Shown: positions 20,381 to 31,272 of the stretch, piece by piece
Layout of the letters: every line of letters starts with the position of its first letter
How positions within the stretch are numbered: the stretch's first letter is position 1
Assembly (NCBI GenBank): GCA_963788195.1
Contig: CAWBGA010000017.1
Span: forward strand, 480,001-544,000
Source of the DNA: Nitrospirota bacterium
GTDB lineage: Bacteria; Nitrospirota; Nitrospiria; Nitrospirales; NS-4
Direction of reading: 5' to 3'
DNA: 64,000 nucleotides
Made by a program: the position numbers and the translations under genes
Notes under the pieces: model-generated
Database searches by the model: none
Seen by the model: the letters and a program-made list of their open reading frames with translations, nothing else
What the model was told of the DNA's origin: nothing

Positions 20381-21298
20381 TTAAAGGGACGAGAGCCAGG
20401 CAGCGTGTTTCTTGTCACGGCCCCGCACAACGTCGAAGAAGGCCATTTGCAGGTCTTTGGTGACCGGACCCGGCGTCCCTGGTCCGATCTTGCGGTCGTC
20501 CAATTCTCTGATCGGAGTGAGTTCCGCAGCGGTCCCGGTCATGAAAACCTCATCGGCGATATAGAGCTCATCACGGGTAAATCGCTCCTCCACAACAGTC
20601 AGGCCCCGCTCTCGCGCGAGCTCCATGATTGAATTGCGCGTGATTCCTTCCAAGATAGAAGTCAGCGGCGTGGTTTTGAGTACGCCGTTTCTGACCATAA
20701 AAATGTTCTCGGCGCTGCCTTCTGACACGTAGCCCTCGGGGTCGAGCAGGATTGCTTCATCGTATCCGGCAGCTTTCACCTCACGCTTCGCCAAAATCGA
20801 GTTGACGTAATACCCCGAGATCTTGGCTCTGGTCATGCTGACATTGACATGATGGCGAGTGAAAGACGAGACTTTCGCGCGGATGCCGTGCTTAAACGCT
20901 TCCTCGCCCAGGTATGCCCCCCAGGGCCACGCTACTATCGCCACACGGACCGGATTGTCCGGACAATACAGGCCCATATCCCCATCGCCGATAAAGACGA
21001 GCGGCCGGATATAACATTCTTCCAACCTATTGATCCGCACCGTTTCACAAATCGCGTCGGCGATTTCTTTCTTGGCGAATGGGATCGACATCAGGGTGAT
21101 ATGGCAGGATGCAAACAAGCGGTCCACATGCTCTTGGAGACGAAAAACGGCGGAGCCATGCTCACCTTTATAGCAGCGTATCCCTTCGAATGCGGCGAGC
21201 CCGTAATGGAGGCTATACGTCAGCACATGGATCTGGGCCTCTTTCCAAGGGACGAGTTTTCCATCCAGCCAGATTTTTTCGGATTCTTTGACCGCCAT
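20381..21298 (-). CDS. ilvE: Branched-chain amino acid aminotransferase
   Basis: LHYGLAAFEGIR, RAKISGYY, EGSAENIF, LEGITR and TGTAAE motifs. Confidence 0.95.
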   Translation of the reverse strand: MAVKESEKIWLDGKLVPWKEAQIHVLTYSLHYGLAAFEGIRCYKGEHGSAVFRLQEHVDRLFASCHITLMSIPFAKKEIADAICETVRINRLEECYIRPLVFIGDGDMGLYCPDNPVRVAIVAWPWGAYLGEEAFKHGIRAKVSSFTRHHVNVSMTRAKISGYYVNSILAKREVKAAGYDEAILLDPEGYVSEGSAENIFMVRNGVLKTTPLTSILEGITRNSIMELARERGLTVVEERFTRDELYIADEVFMTGTAAELTPIRELDDRKIGPGTPGPVTKDLQMAFFDVVRGRDKKHAAWLSSL

Positions 21299-21522
21299 GC
21301 GGCCGCGTACTCTCCAGAAATGATGACGGAAAATATAACAGCGCCTCGGCATCAAGTCAAACAACGACACAGCCTTCGTCGCACTATCTTTACTGTAATT
21401 TACTGAACAATCTCAGGGCCGCTGGACCCTGTGGGATTCTTTTACAGTCTTCCCTTCCTTGACAACCTGCCCCTGCTATGTTATTAATTTTCCCCAGTTT
21501 ATACGGAGTCAAAGCCGCCGTC

Positions 21523-21837
21523 ATGTACGCAATCGTTGAAACCGGAGGGAAGCAGTATCGAGCCGACCCGGGGGAGATCCTCCAGGTAGAACACCTCAAA
21601 GGTGATGTTGGAACCGTCGTCACCTTTGGGAAGGTTCTGTTCTTCTCGGGAGATAGCGGGAACAAGCTGGGAACGCCCGCGCTCGACAACGCCAGCGTCA
21701 GCGGACAGATCGTGGAACAGGGGCGATCTCGGACCGTCACTGTTTTTAAGAAAAAGCGTCGGAAGAATTATCGCCGGACGAAAGGACACCGCCAATCCTT
21801 TACAAAGGTTCGGATCACGGATATTTTGGGAGTTTAA
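21523..21837 (+). CDS. rplU: 50S ribosomal protein L21
   Basis: [12 protein letters not shown] and [16 protein letters not shown]. Confidence 0.97.
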   Translation: MYAIVETGGKQYRADPGEILQVEHLKGDVGTVVTFGKVLFFSGDSGNKLGTPALDNASVSGQIVEQGRSRTVTVFKKKRRKNYRRTKGHRQSFTKVRITDILGV

Positions 21838-21841
21838 AGCT

Positions 21842-22105
21842 ATGGCGCATAAAAAAGGACAAGGGTCGTGTCGAAACGGCCGGGATAGCAACCCGCAGTA
21901 CCTTGGGGTCAAGGCGTACGGCGGTGAAGTGGTCACGGGTGGCAGCATCATTGTTCGCCAACGCGGGACCAAATTTCACGTTGGATTCAATGTGGGGAAA
22001 GGTAAGGACGATACGCTGTTCGCCAAGCTTGCCGGGACGGTGAGATTCGAAGGGCCAAAAGATAGGCGCCGCGTCAGCGTGTATCCACTCGAGAAAACCG
22101 CCTAG
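21842..22105 (+). CDS. rpmA: 50S ribosomal protein L27
   Basis: [16 protein letters not shown]...[11 protein letters not shown]. Confidence 0.97.
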   Translation: MAHKKGQGSCRNGRDSNPQYLGVKAYGGEVVTGGSIIVRQRGTKFHVGFNVGKGKDDTLFAKLAGTVRFEGPKDRRRVSVYPLEKTA

Positions 22106-22140
22106 CGCCGCTTAACCTTCGTCGTCAGCCTGTTTCTCAG

Positions 22141-22165
22141 AGCCGGCATTTGCCGGCTTTTTTTT
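22141..22165 (+). terminator. Intrinsic terminator of rplU-rpmA
   Basis: AGCCGGCA-TT-TGCCGGCT followed by a T run. Confidence 0.8.
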
Positions 22166-22262
22166 GGGGGGAAAAGAAATCTGTCCCACGGGCCCCAGCC
22201 TGTCTGGCAGGCTTGGGGCGGGTGGGTGAGCATGATTTCAGGGTTGGGCGGGTGCAATGGCG
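22166..22262 (-). repeat. Nested pair of family-B hairpin units
   Basis: Outer GAAATC...GATTTC stem enclosing an inner AAGCCTG-ccaga-CAGGCT unit with the same leader and tail. Confidence 0.7.
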
Positions 22263-23299
22263 CTATCCTTCCGTACTGAGCGGCAAATCAAGCGTGAAGG
22301 ATGCCCCTTTTCCCGGCGCGCTCGCCACGCTCACGCGTCCACCCAACCGGTTGATAATGTCGCGGACAATGTGCAATCCGAGTCCGGTGCCCTTTCCTTG
22401 TTCCTTCGTGGTAAAAAACGGGTCAAAAATCTTGCCGTGGAGTTCGGGCGGAATCCCGGGTCCGCTATCGCTGATCGTCGCGCGGATAGAGCCGTTCACG
22501 GTGCTCGTCGATGCCTTCAACGTCCCCTCGCCTTGCATTGCCTGAACAGCGTTGGTGACCAGATTCACAAAAACTTGCAGGAGTTCATCGGGATTCCCCC
22601 GAATAGGCGGTAGCGGGCTGAAGTCCATCTGGATCTTCACCTCATCCAGGACACATGCCCGTCGCGCCATCTTCATCGCTTCTTCGATGATATGGTTCAC
22701 ATCAATGTCAGATAGATCCCCGGGGAACTCTTATGAGCGTACGCGTTTAAGTCTTTGACAATCGCGGCGATCCGGCGGCTCATCTCCATGATATCGTGAA
22801 CATACTCTTTGACGACTTCCGGACGAGTCTCATGTTCCAGACGTTCAGACAGACCGGTGATGCCGAACAGCGGATTGTTGATCTCATGGGCGATCCCAGA
22901 GGCGAGGACTCCGATCGTGGCAAGCTTCTCAGCCTGGATGAGCTGATCACGCAGATCGCGTTCGTATTGCGCTAACTGCCATACAAGGAGGGCCGAAATC
23001 CCTCCCAGGATCTCGGCCCCCGCTGGCTTGTTCTCTGCAATCAGCCGACCCATCGCCGGGTCGCCAGTGACATCTACAATAAGATCGGCGCGTCCATCGG
23101 CGATCAGTGTGGCGGCGTCCTGGGACGTCGGTATTCCCAGGTTTCGCGCGAGCGTGAGCGCGGGGGCCTGAGGGTTAATATCTGCAACACCGACGACCTG
23201 AACGCCATGACCTGAGGAGAACAGTTCGAGGAGGGCCTTACCGCCCTTCCCTGCTCCAATGATCAGAACACGAATCGTTCCTCGTCCTGCTCTCCACAA
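22263..23299 (-). CDS. Sensor histidine kinase with N-terminal Rossmann-like (GxGxGG) domain; one frameshift near 22720
   Basis: IIGAGKGG...VVGVADIN; H box GIAHEINNPL; N box NLVTNAVQA; DSGPGI, FFTTK and GTGLGL. Confidence 0.85.
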
Positions 23300-23309
23300 G
23301 CATCTCGCA

Positions 23310-23741
23310 TTAAAATTGGTCGGACAACGTAAGGCGCTGAGCCATTGCCCCTTTCACGGCACTCAGGAGCTTCTCCCGATCTACCGGCTTGACGAGATAA
23401 TCGGTGACCCCCTGGGTGAGGAGTTCAGTCGCCATCTTGGTGTCTGGAAAACCAGTCAACACGATAATTGGCACCGAGGGGTATTGCTGCCGAAAAAACG
23501 CGATCGCTTCAACGCCATTGATCTTGGGCATACGGATGTCGCAGACAATGACATCCACCATGAGGGGATTGTCATCCGAGCCGATCTTTTTAATCCCCTC
23601 GCCGCCATTCTCAGCCTCAACGACCTCGTACCCTGCATCAGTCAACATGCCACGCAGAACTTTTCTGACGATCTCCTCGTCGTCAACAATAAGCACCCTC
23701 CCCATTCCCGGCGTATCCTTCGTGTGCAGTCCCCAGGGCAT
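23310..23741 (-). CDS. Single-domain response regulator (CheY-like)
   Basis: LIVDDE, CDIRMPKING, LTG and YLVKP motifs. Confidence 0.92.
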   Translation of the reverse strand: MPWGLHTKDTPGMGRVLIVDDEEIVRKVLRGMLTDAGYEVVEAENGGEGIKKIGSDDNPLMVDVIVCDIRMPKINGVEAIAFFRQQYPSVPIIVLTGFPDTKMATELLTQGVTDYLVKPVDREKLLSAVKGAMAQRLTLSDQF

Positions 23742-23805
23742 ATGGCCTCCTTTTCTGGGCCCTTTATGAGCCCTTGGAATATCAAACTACGACAAATCTA
23801 GAAGG

Positions 23806-23821
23806 AGCAAATTTTAAGCCG
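23806..23821 (-). promoter_or_regulatory. sigma54-like site upstream of the response regulator
   Basis: CGGCTTAAAATTTGCT (GG-N10-GC). Confidence 0.35.
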
Positions 23822-23981
23822 CACGTGTTAATAATAAAACTACTAAATTATAGCCTAGTTATGTTTGAGAGGCCACCGGGTGTCAGTGCGGCCGGTGGGA
23901 ATGCACCACCGGCAGGTCCTTTTAGGCTACGGAGCAGAGAATAAAAGGAGGAGTCAGCCGCTGGAGAGGTAATATTAGAAT

Positions 23982-24021
23982 AAAAAAAAGGGCCGGGCGA
24001 TCCTGCGACCGCGCCGGCCCC
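23982..24021 (-). terminator. Intrinsic terminator after PEP-CTERM gene 3
   Basis: GGGCCGGCG...CGCCCGGCCC hairpin followed by T8 on the minus strand. Confidence 0.75.
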
Positions 24022-24046
24022 TAGAGGGTCTTCAAAACTTAGGAAT

Positions 24047-24757
24047 CTAGTCTTTCCTCTTCGCGCTCCACTTGCGCCAGCCCGCGAGTCCCGCCAAGCC
24101 AGAGCCAAGCAGCAACAAGGTAGCCGGTTCAGGGATTCCAGGAGGAGGTGGTGTATTTGGTCCCGGTGCGACAACCGACCCGATCGTGCCGATTGCCGTG
24201 TTGTTTGTATTAGGGTCTGACGGGGTATTCTTTGTAGAACCGCTCGTAAAGTTATGCAGAACCGCAACGTTTCCGATTGTGGTCTTGGCCGAGAAGCCCG
24301 TAAGCGTGCTGCCTGGTGTAGGAAGTGTCGATCCAGCTCCATCAGTCCAGAACCAGGTGAGGTTGCTCACAGCCGCCTGGTCAACAGGGGTCGTATTGTT
24401 CGGCGTTGCGCCACTAGCGAGGTTCAAAAATGACCATCCAAGTGGCTGGGTGTTCGATCCGGGAACGAACCCGCCGAAATCGTAGATCGTGAAAAAACTG
24501 GCAAATGTGGTGCCAAGTCTAGTGCCTCCCGCAGGGTCTTGTATAATCACCTGGGCGGTTGGCGCGGCGCCTGTGTTGATCTTTTGGTCACTGGCCAGAC
24601 CCACAGTATAAGCGAATGTGAAGGGCGCAACCGCCTCGGGGGGGACCCGGGCACAAGTGACGGCGTGAGTCCGGCGAGAACGTTATTTGAGAATGATACT
24701 GAACCAACCAGTACAAGATCCGATTATCAAGTCTTTTAGAATTCCGGTGCTTTTCAT
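24047..24757 (-). CDS. PEP-CTERM surface protein (frameshift in the signal-peptide region)
   Basis: C-terminal IPEPATLLLLGSGLAGLAGWRKW; ATG 24757 preceded by GGAGG. Confidence 0.85.
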
Positions 24758-24799
24758 GACCCTCCAGAATGGTTGTCAATCGTTGTTGATGGTATTAAT

Positions 24800-24815
24800 A
24801 GCAGATTCGGTGCCA
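24800..24815 (-). promoter_or_regulatory. sigma54 -24/-12 promoter candidate for PEP-CTERM gene 3
   Basis: TGGCACCGAATCTGCT (GG-N10-GC); CGT-N11-ACA at 24867-24883. Confidence 0.65.
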
Positions 24816-25227
24816 GAGTCTAATTAATTGAAAACATATGACATTACAAGTAGCAGTCTCAAAATACGTCCAAATTACAGACACCTCTCATAAGAATCAT
24901 AACCCCCCGTACACATGGTAAAAGAAGGGAAAATCCCAAAAAAATACTTATTTATCAGCATATTAAGCCATTATGGCCTACCTCGACTCATTTTGCGTCT
25001 TCCCAGGTTTCAGCGATTCACGCTGTCAACTTTTTCGTCACTCCCGATTTCATACATCCGTCCGGTGATGAGAAATCGGGATAGGTGCCAGAGGCCATAC
25101 CACTGTCAAAGCCAATTACCTTGCCCCAGTACGGGTAGAATTTCACTGCGATTGCTAGTTGCCCGGACCGGATATATACTCCTGGTCTGGATCATTCGGT
25201 ACACTCCGCATGGGGATTTGGCAGGGA

Positions 25228-26279
25228 ATGTTCATTGATCAGGTCAAGATTTATGTGAAAGCTGGCGACGGCGGAAATGGCGTGTGCCGTTTTCGAAGGG
25301 AGAAGTACGTCCCACGGGGCGGCCCTGACGGCGGGGATGGGGGGGAAGGCGGCGATGTCATCCTGAAGGCTTCGACACGCCTTTCGACACTCATTGATCT
25401 CCAATATCAGCAGCATCACATCGCAAAAAGCGGCGGCGACGGAGAAGGCGGTAATCGCCATGGACGCAATGCGCCCGCGGTAGTGATTCAGGTTCCTATC
25501 GGCACCACTGCCAAAGACTCCGAGACCGGGGAACTCTTCTGCGATCTGACCGAAGACGACGAAGAAGCGATTGTCGCCCACGGAGGAAAAGGAGGACGGG
25601 GAAACTCCAGATTTGCCTCCCCCACCAATCGCGTTCCGATGCAACACGAAGACGGAACACCCGGCGAGGAGCATTGGCTTTTGTTAGAGTTGAAGCTGTT
25701 GGCGGATGTTGGACTGGTGGGATTTCCCAACGCCGGGAAATCCACCCTGATCAGTGCGATCTCGTCCGCCCATCCCAAAATCGCGGACTATCCCTTCACA
25801 ACGATTATTCCCAACCTCGGCGTCGTCCGCTATAGTGGGGGAACTCGCTCTCGGGGCAGTGGCGAGGGCAACAGTTATGTTGTCGCCGACGTCCCGGGAC
25901 TTATTGAAGGAGCGCACGAAGGCAAAGGGTTGGGCTTTCAGTTCTTGCGGCACTTGGAGCGAACGTCCTTTCTGCTGTACCTCATCGACATTTCCGAAAC
26001 CGCCTTGGAGGACCCGGTGCACAGCCTGAAGACCTTGCAGTCGGAGCTTCTATTGTATAACCCAGAGCTCGCGGGGAAGCCCTGTGCGGTTGCCGGCAGC
26101 AAATTGGACGCGTCAGGAGATGGCAGAGTGTCAAAAGACTCCAGGCGGAGTGCCGTAAGCAGAAAATCAAGTTATTTGAAATCTCGGCCGTGACAAAGGT
26201 AGGTTTACAGCCACTTATAAAATATCTTGGCGAGCAAGTGGCCATGAACAAAACCACTCGATGCGCCACCAGATCCTAA
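25228..26279 (+). CDS. obgE: GTPase ObgE/CgtA (frameshift near 26130)
   Basis: [32 protein letters not shown] and [11 protein letters not shown]-terminal ISAVT resumes in another frame. Confidence 0.95.
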
Positions 26280-27382
26280 AAGATGCCCGCCGCGTGGTTC
26301 TTAAGGTCGGCAGTCGCCTTCTGGCCTCGAAGGGACTGGGCCTGCACACAGATTGGATCGATCGCCTCGCGTCCCAATTAGCCGGTCTGAGCACCAACGA
26401 CAGAGACATCATTATGGTCTCCTCCGGCGCCATCGTCTGCGGCATCGACAAGCTCGGCCTGCGCGACTATCCAAAGACTCTGCCGCTAAAACAGGCGGCC
26501 GCGGCAGTCGGCCAGAGCCGGCTGATGTGGGCCTATGAAAAGGCTTTCGAGAAGGTGGGCCTCAAGGTTGCGCAGATCCTCTTAACCCGCGACGACCTTA
26601 CCAATCGCCACCGATTCTTGAATTCACGTCATACTTTGAACGCGCTGTTGGAGTTTGGCGTCGTACCGATCATCAATGAAAATGACACAGTGGCCGTGGA
26701 GGAGATTCGGTTCGGGGACAATGACAGCCTTGCGGGCATGGTTGCCCACCTCGTCGACGCTGATCTACTGGTCATCCTTTCCGACGTTGCCGGGCTCTTC
26801 AGCGAAGATCCACGCGTCAATCCCGACGCGACATTAATCTCGGTAGTCTCAGAGGTCACGGCTGATGTCCAGCGGCTGGCGGGCGACAGCGCCAGTTTCG
26901 AAGGCACAGGCGGCATGCGCACTAAAGTTTTGGCCGCAAAGACCGCCGCAAGCTATGGAGTAGCGACTGTGATCCTTGGCGGAGCGCGCATTGAGCAGCT
27001 CGCAGCCCTATTCGCCGGCGAGGAAGTCGGGACACTGTTTCTACCTCAGGAGCAGCAACTCACGAGCCGTAAGCACTGGATTGCGCATACGCTCAAGGCG
27101 AAAGGTCACCTGGTATTAGACGCGGGCGCCGTGGAAGCTCTCGTGCGGCGCGGCAAGAGCCTCCTGCCCTCGGGCATCACCGCCGTTCGCGGCACCTTTG
27201 AGGCCGGCGACAGCGTAGGATGCCTGGATGAATCGGGCCGCGAAATCGCAAAAGGCTTAGTGAACTATTCATCGCCGGCTATCGTTAAGATCATGGGCCT
27301 TCACAGCGCCGATATCCCGAAGACGTTGGGATACAAGGATTACGATGAAGTCATTCATCGTGATAATCTGGTGATCGAGTAA
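26261..27382 (+). CDS. proB: Glutamate 5-kinase with PUA domain
   Basis: LKVGS, VSSGA, AAVGQ, PIINENDTV, FGDND and GTGGM motifs. Confidence 0.96.
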   Translation: MRHQILKDARRVVLKVGSRLLASKGLGLHTDWIDRLASQLAGLSTNDRDIIMVSSGAIVCGIDKLGLRDYPKTLPLKQAAAAVGQSRLMWAYEKAFEKVGLKVAQILLTRDDLTNRHRFLNSRHTLNALLEFGVVPIINENDTVAVEEIRFGDNDSLAGMVAHLVDADLLVILSDVAGLFSEDPRVNPDATLISVVSEVTADVQRLAGDSASFEGTGGMRTKVLAAKTAASYGVATVILGGARIEQLAALFAGEEVGTLFLPQEQQLTSRKHWIAHTLKAKGHLVLDAGAVEALVRRGKSLLPSGITAVRGTFEAGDSVGCLDESGREIAKGLVNYSSPAIVKIMGLHSADIPKTLGYKDYDEVIHRDNLVIE

Positions 27383-27574
27383 ATAGGCCCGACGTTCGTC
27401 GGGGTACCCGTTGCTCTTTCTTTTGCAAGGGGTCAGGTGTCGAAGGAAGGCGGCCGAAATCTCGAAACGCGAAGAAGCGTCAGGGCATGAACGACAATTA
27501 AAGGCTGAAGTGGGGCAAAGAAAGAAGCATTAATTCGTTTGCCCTTCGACTGGGCTCAGCGACTGGCAGGAATG

Positions 27575-28525
<951 letters not shown>

Positions 28526-28539
28526 AGCGCACCTCCGGC

Positions 28540-28700
28540 GCGGCCCATCCTTGCGCAATGCGGGCTTCTGAGGCCCATGCGACTGTTCGGGCTCGTTCCA
28601 GCAACGAGCATGACGACCACGCTGAGCCACGGTCTTGGTGGACCGAGGGCGAATCGGTCTGTCATGCTCTGGTTGATGATACGCCATATCATTCACCGGT
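28540..28700 (-). ncRNA. Predicted bridge RNA of the IS110 element
   Basis: 5' hairpin; target-binding loop closed by GAGCATGAC/GTCATGCTC with guides ATTCGCCCT and GGCTCAG; donor-binding loop with ACAGTCGC and GCAAG. RNA ends are approximate. Confidence 0.85.
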
Positions 28701-28766
28701 GAGGATCAAGATACAAGAATCAAGATACAAGGGCGAACGGATTAAGGACGACGAACTATAACCATT

Positions 28767-30017
28767 ATGTCTCTGGCTGATTACGTCATCACCAAAGTCT
28801 CGCAGGCTAAAGCGGCGGCCCAAGTGCTGGCGACGCTGTCTACCGAGGTGAAGAACACGGCGCTTACGGCTATGGCGGACGCCTTGGAGCGCAGCGAAAC
28901 CGACCTGCTCTCCGCGAACCGTCGTGATCTGAGTGCTGCAGCGGATCTCACTGCAGCCGCCATCGACCGGCTGACGCTCAACCCCAGGCGTATCAAGGAA
29001 ATGGCGGCAGGTCTGAGGGAAGTAGCTGCTCTTCCGGACCCTGTCGGCTACGTGCATGGAATCGTGAAACGTCCGAATGGAATGCAAGTTGGCAGAATGC
29101 GCGTTCCCATCGGCGTGATCGGGATCATCTATGAATCCCGTCCCAATGTAACGGCGGACGCGGCATCACTCTGTCTGAAATCCGGCAATGCGGTGGTCCT
29201 GCGCGGGGGATCCGAGGCAATCCTATCGAATGCTGCCATTGTAAAAGTGATCTCCGAGGCCGGGGCCAAGGCAGGGATCCCGGAAGGCGCGATTACATTT
29301 ATCGAGAATACGGATCGCCAGGTCTCCGCCTTGCTCCTCAAGCAGGACAAGTTCATTGACCTCGTTATTCCTCGCGGCGGGACGGGTCTTATGGAGTTCG
29401 TGACGGCAGAGTCGCGCATTCCGGTGATCAAACACGATAAAGGCGTTTGCCACACCTATGTGGACGCGAGTGCCGATTTGAAGATGGCTGAAGCGATCTG
29501 CTTCAACGCCAAGGTGCAGCGACCGGGTACCTGTAACGCGATGGAAACTCTCCTTGTCCATGCAGACATCGCTCCGACATTCCTGCCGCCCCTGATCGCC
29601 CGTTATCAGGAAGCGGGCGTTGTGGTGCGGGGATGTCCCCGGACTCAGGTCCTCGCGCCCACCGTGATGCCTGCCACAGATACCGATTGGGGAACTGAGT
29701 TCCTGGATCTGATTCTGGCAGTGCGGGTCGTGAAGGATATGACGCAAGCCATGGAGCACATCGCGCAGTTTGGCTCGCAGCATTCAGAGGCGATCATCAC
29801 CCAAGATGACAGTCTGGCTCAGCGGTTTTTGAGAGAGGTCGACGCCGCAGCCGTCTTCGTCAATGCATCCACTCGTCTGCATGATGGCTATCAGTTCGGT
29901 TTGGGCGCGGAGATCGGCATCAGCACGACCCGCATTCATGCCCGGGGAGCCATGGGGCTCGAAGAACTGACCACCAGCAAATTCATCGTCCTGGGATCAG
30001 GGCAACTCCGGGAATGA
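28767..30017 (+). CDS. proA: Gamma-glutamyl phosphate reductase
   Basis: IYESRPNVT, IPRGG, CNAMETLLVH and VNASTR...GLGAEIGIST motifs. Confidence 0.96.
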   Translation: MSLADYVITKVSQAKAAAQVLATLSTEVKNTALTAMADALERSETDLLSANRRDLSAAADLTAAAIDRLTLNPRRIKEMAAGLREVAALPDPVGYVHGIVKRPNGMQVGRMRVPIGVIGIIYESRPNVTADAASLCLKSGNAVVLRGGSEAILSNAAIVKVISEAGAKAGIPEGAITFIENTDRQVSALLLKQDKFIDLVIPRGGTGLMEFVTAESRIPVIKHDKGVCHTYVDASADLKMAEAICFNAKVQRPGTCNAMETLLVHADIAPTFLPPLIARYQEAGVVVRGCPRTQVLAPTVMPATDTDWGTEFLDLILAVRVVKDMTQAMEHIAQFGSQHSEAIITQDDSLAQRFLREVDAAAVFVNASTRLHDGYQFGLGAEIGISTTRIHARGAMGLEELTTSKFIVLGSGQLRE

Positions 30018-30673
30018 AAGTAGGGCTCTTTGGCGGGGCGTTTAATCCCATCCATCGCTGCCATCTTGTCGTTGCAGAATCCGCTCGTGAACGGCTCGGG
30101 CTAGATACCGTCCTGTTCATTCCTACGGGGGATCCTCCACACAAGCCTCCATCGGAATTCATTGCCTCAGCCCACCGCCTGGAGATGCTCAAGCTCGCCA
30201 TCGCTCCCTATCCGTATTTCCAGGTGTCGGAGATCGAGATGCACAGGCCGAACAAGTCCTATTCCATCGATACCGTTCGCGAACTTCGGCGGCATTACCC
30301 TTTGAATACGGAGCTGGTGTTTATTATCGGCCTGGACGCATTTCGTGAACTTCCCTCGTGGAAAGAGCCGGAGGCATTGCTCAGCAGTTGCGACTTTGCC
30401 GTCGTGGCCCGGGCGGGCTCGACCTTTGAGTCTCTAAACGAGCTGGCAATTCTGCAGGGAGACAACATAACAGAGCTGAAGAGAGTTGATGCGGGGGAGG
30501 TGGATTCGGTAAGACTTCCTTTGAGAAGCGGACGTGCTGTGTGGGCCATTCGGATTCCCCCGTGTAACGTGTCGGCGAAAGACATCAGAACCCGTTTGCG
30601 CCACGGCCAGGATCTCGAGAACGCTTTACCCCCTTCTGTTGAAGCGTATTTCCGGCGCATAGCCATTTCTTGA
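30014..30673 (+). CDS. nadD: Nicotinate-nucleotide adenylyltransferase
   Basis: FGGAFNPIHRCH, PPHK, SYSIDT, IIGLD and SAKDIR motifs. Confidence 0.93.
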   Translation: MKVGLFGGAFNPIHRCHLVVAESARERLGLDTVLFIPTGDPPHKPPSEFIASAHRLEMLKLAIAPYPYFQVSEIEMHRPNKSYSIDTVRELRRHYPLNTELVFIIGLDAFRELPSWKEPEALLSSCDFAVVARAGSTFESLNELAILQGDNITELKRVDAGEVDSVRLPLRSGRAVWAIRIPPCNVSAKDIRTRLRHGQDLENALPPSVEAYFRRIAIS

Positions 30674-30831
30674 GTCCCTGGATGTGAATGAAGCGGTGTC
30701 CTTGAAAGACAATCACCGGTACGATATACTACCAAGCAAATGCACCGCCCCCACCTAATGAGAATCCTCCACGATCAAATATCCCTGAAGACTACAGCCA
30801 TTCCAAGAGCGCATATAGGAGGGCTTTTACG

Positions 30832-31269
30832 ATAACCAGAGATTCCCGGGCGAAGGCTCGGTTAGCTGCGCTGGCGGCGGAAGAAAAGAAAGCTTCTGAC
30901 ATCGTCATTCTGGACGTTTCCGGCGTATCGTGGATGAACGACGGTTTGGTGATCTGCAGCGCGGAATCAGAGCGGCAGGTCCAAGCCATCAAAGACAATA
31001 TTGATAAGACCTTCACTGAACAAGGGCATCGACTCTACGGACTCGAAGGGACGGAAGTGGGCGCCTGGGTGCTGATGGATTATGACGATGTAGTGGTCCA
31101 TATTTTCAAACGAGGCGTGCGAGAAAACTACGGCTTGGACCGGATTTGGAACGATGCCGCGAGGGTGCCGCTGCGAGCGCCATCCAAGCGATCCCCGTTG
31201 CAGGCGGCGCCTTCAACCGGCCGCGCGCGCCGTATACCTAAGGAGCGGTCGCTTAAACAATCAGGGTAG
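30832..31269 (+). CDS. rsfS: Ribosome silencing factor (start uncertain, possibly non-canonical)
   Basis: EKKASDIVILDV, SERQVQAI, WVLMDYDDVVVHIF and RENYGLDRIW; follows nadD. Confidence 0.9.
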   Translation: MTRDSRAKARLAALAAEEKKASDIVILDVSGVSWMNDGLVICSAESERQVQAIKDNIDKTFTEQGHRLYGLEGTEVGAWVLMDYDDVVVHIFKRGVRENYGLDRIWNDAARVPLRAPSKRSPLQAAPSTGRARRIPKERSLKQSG

Positions 31270-31272
31270 CGG

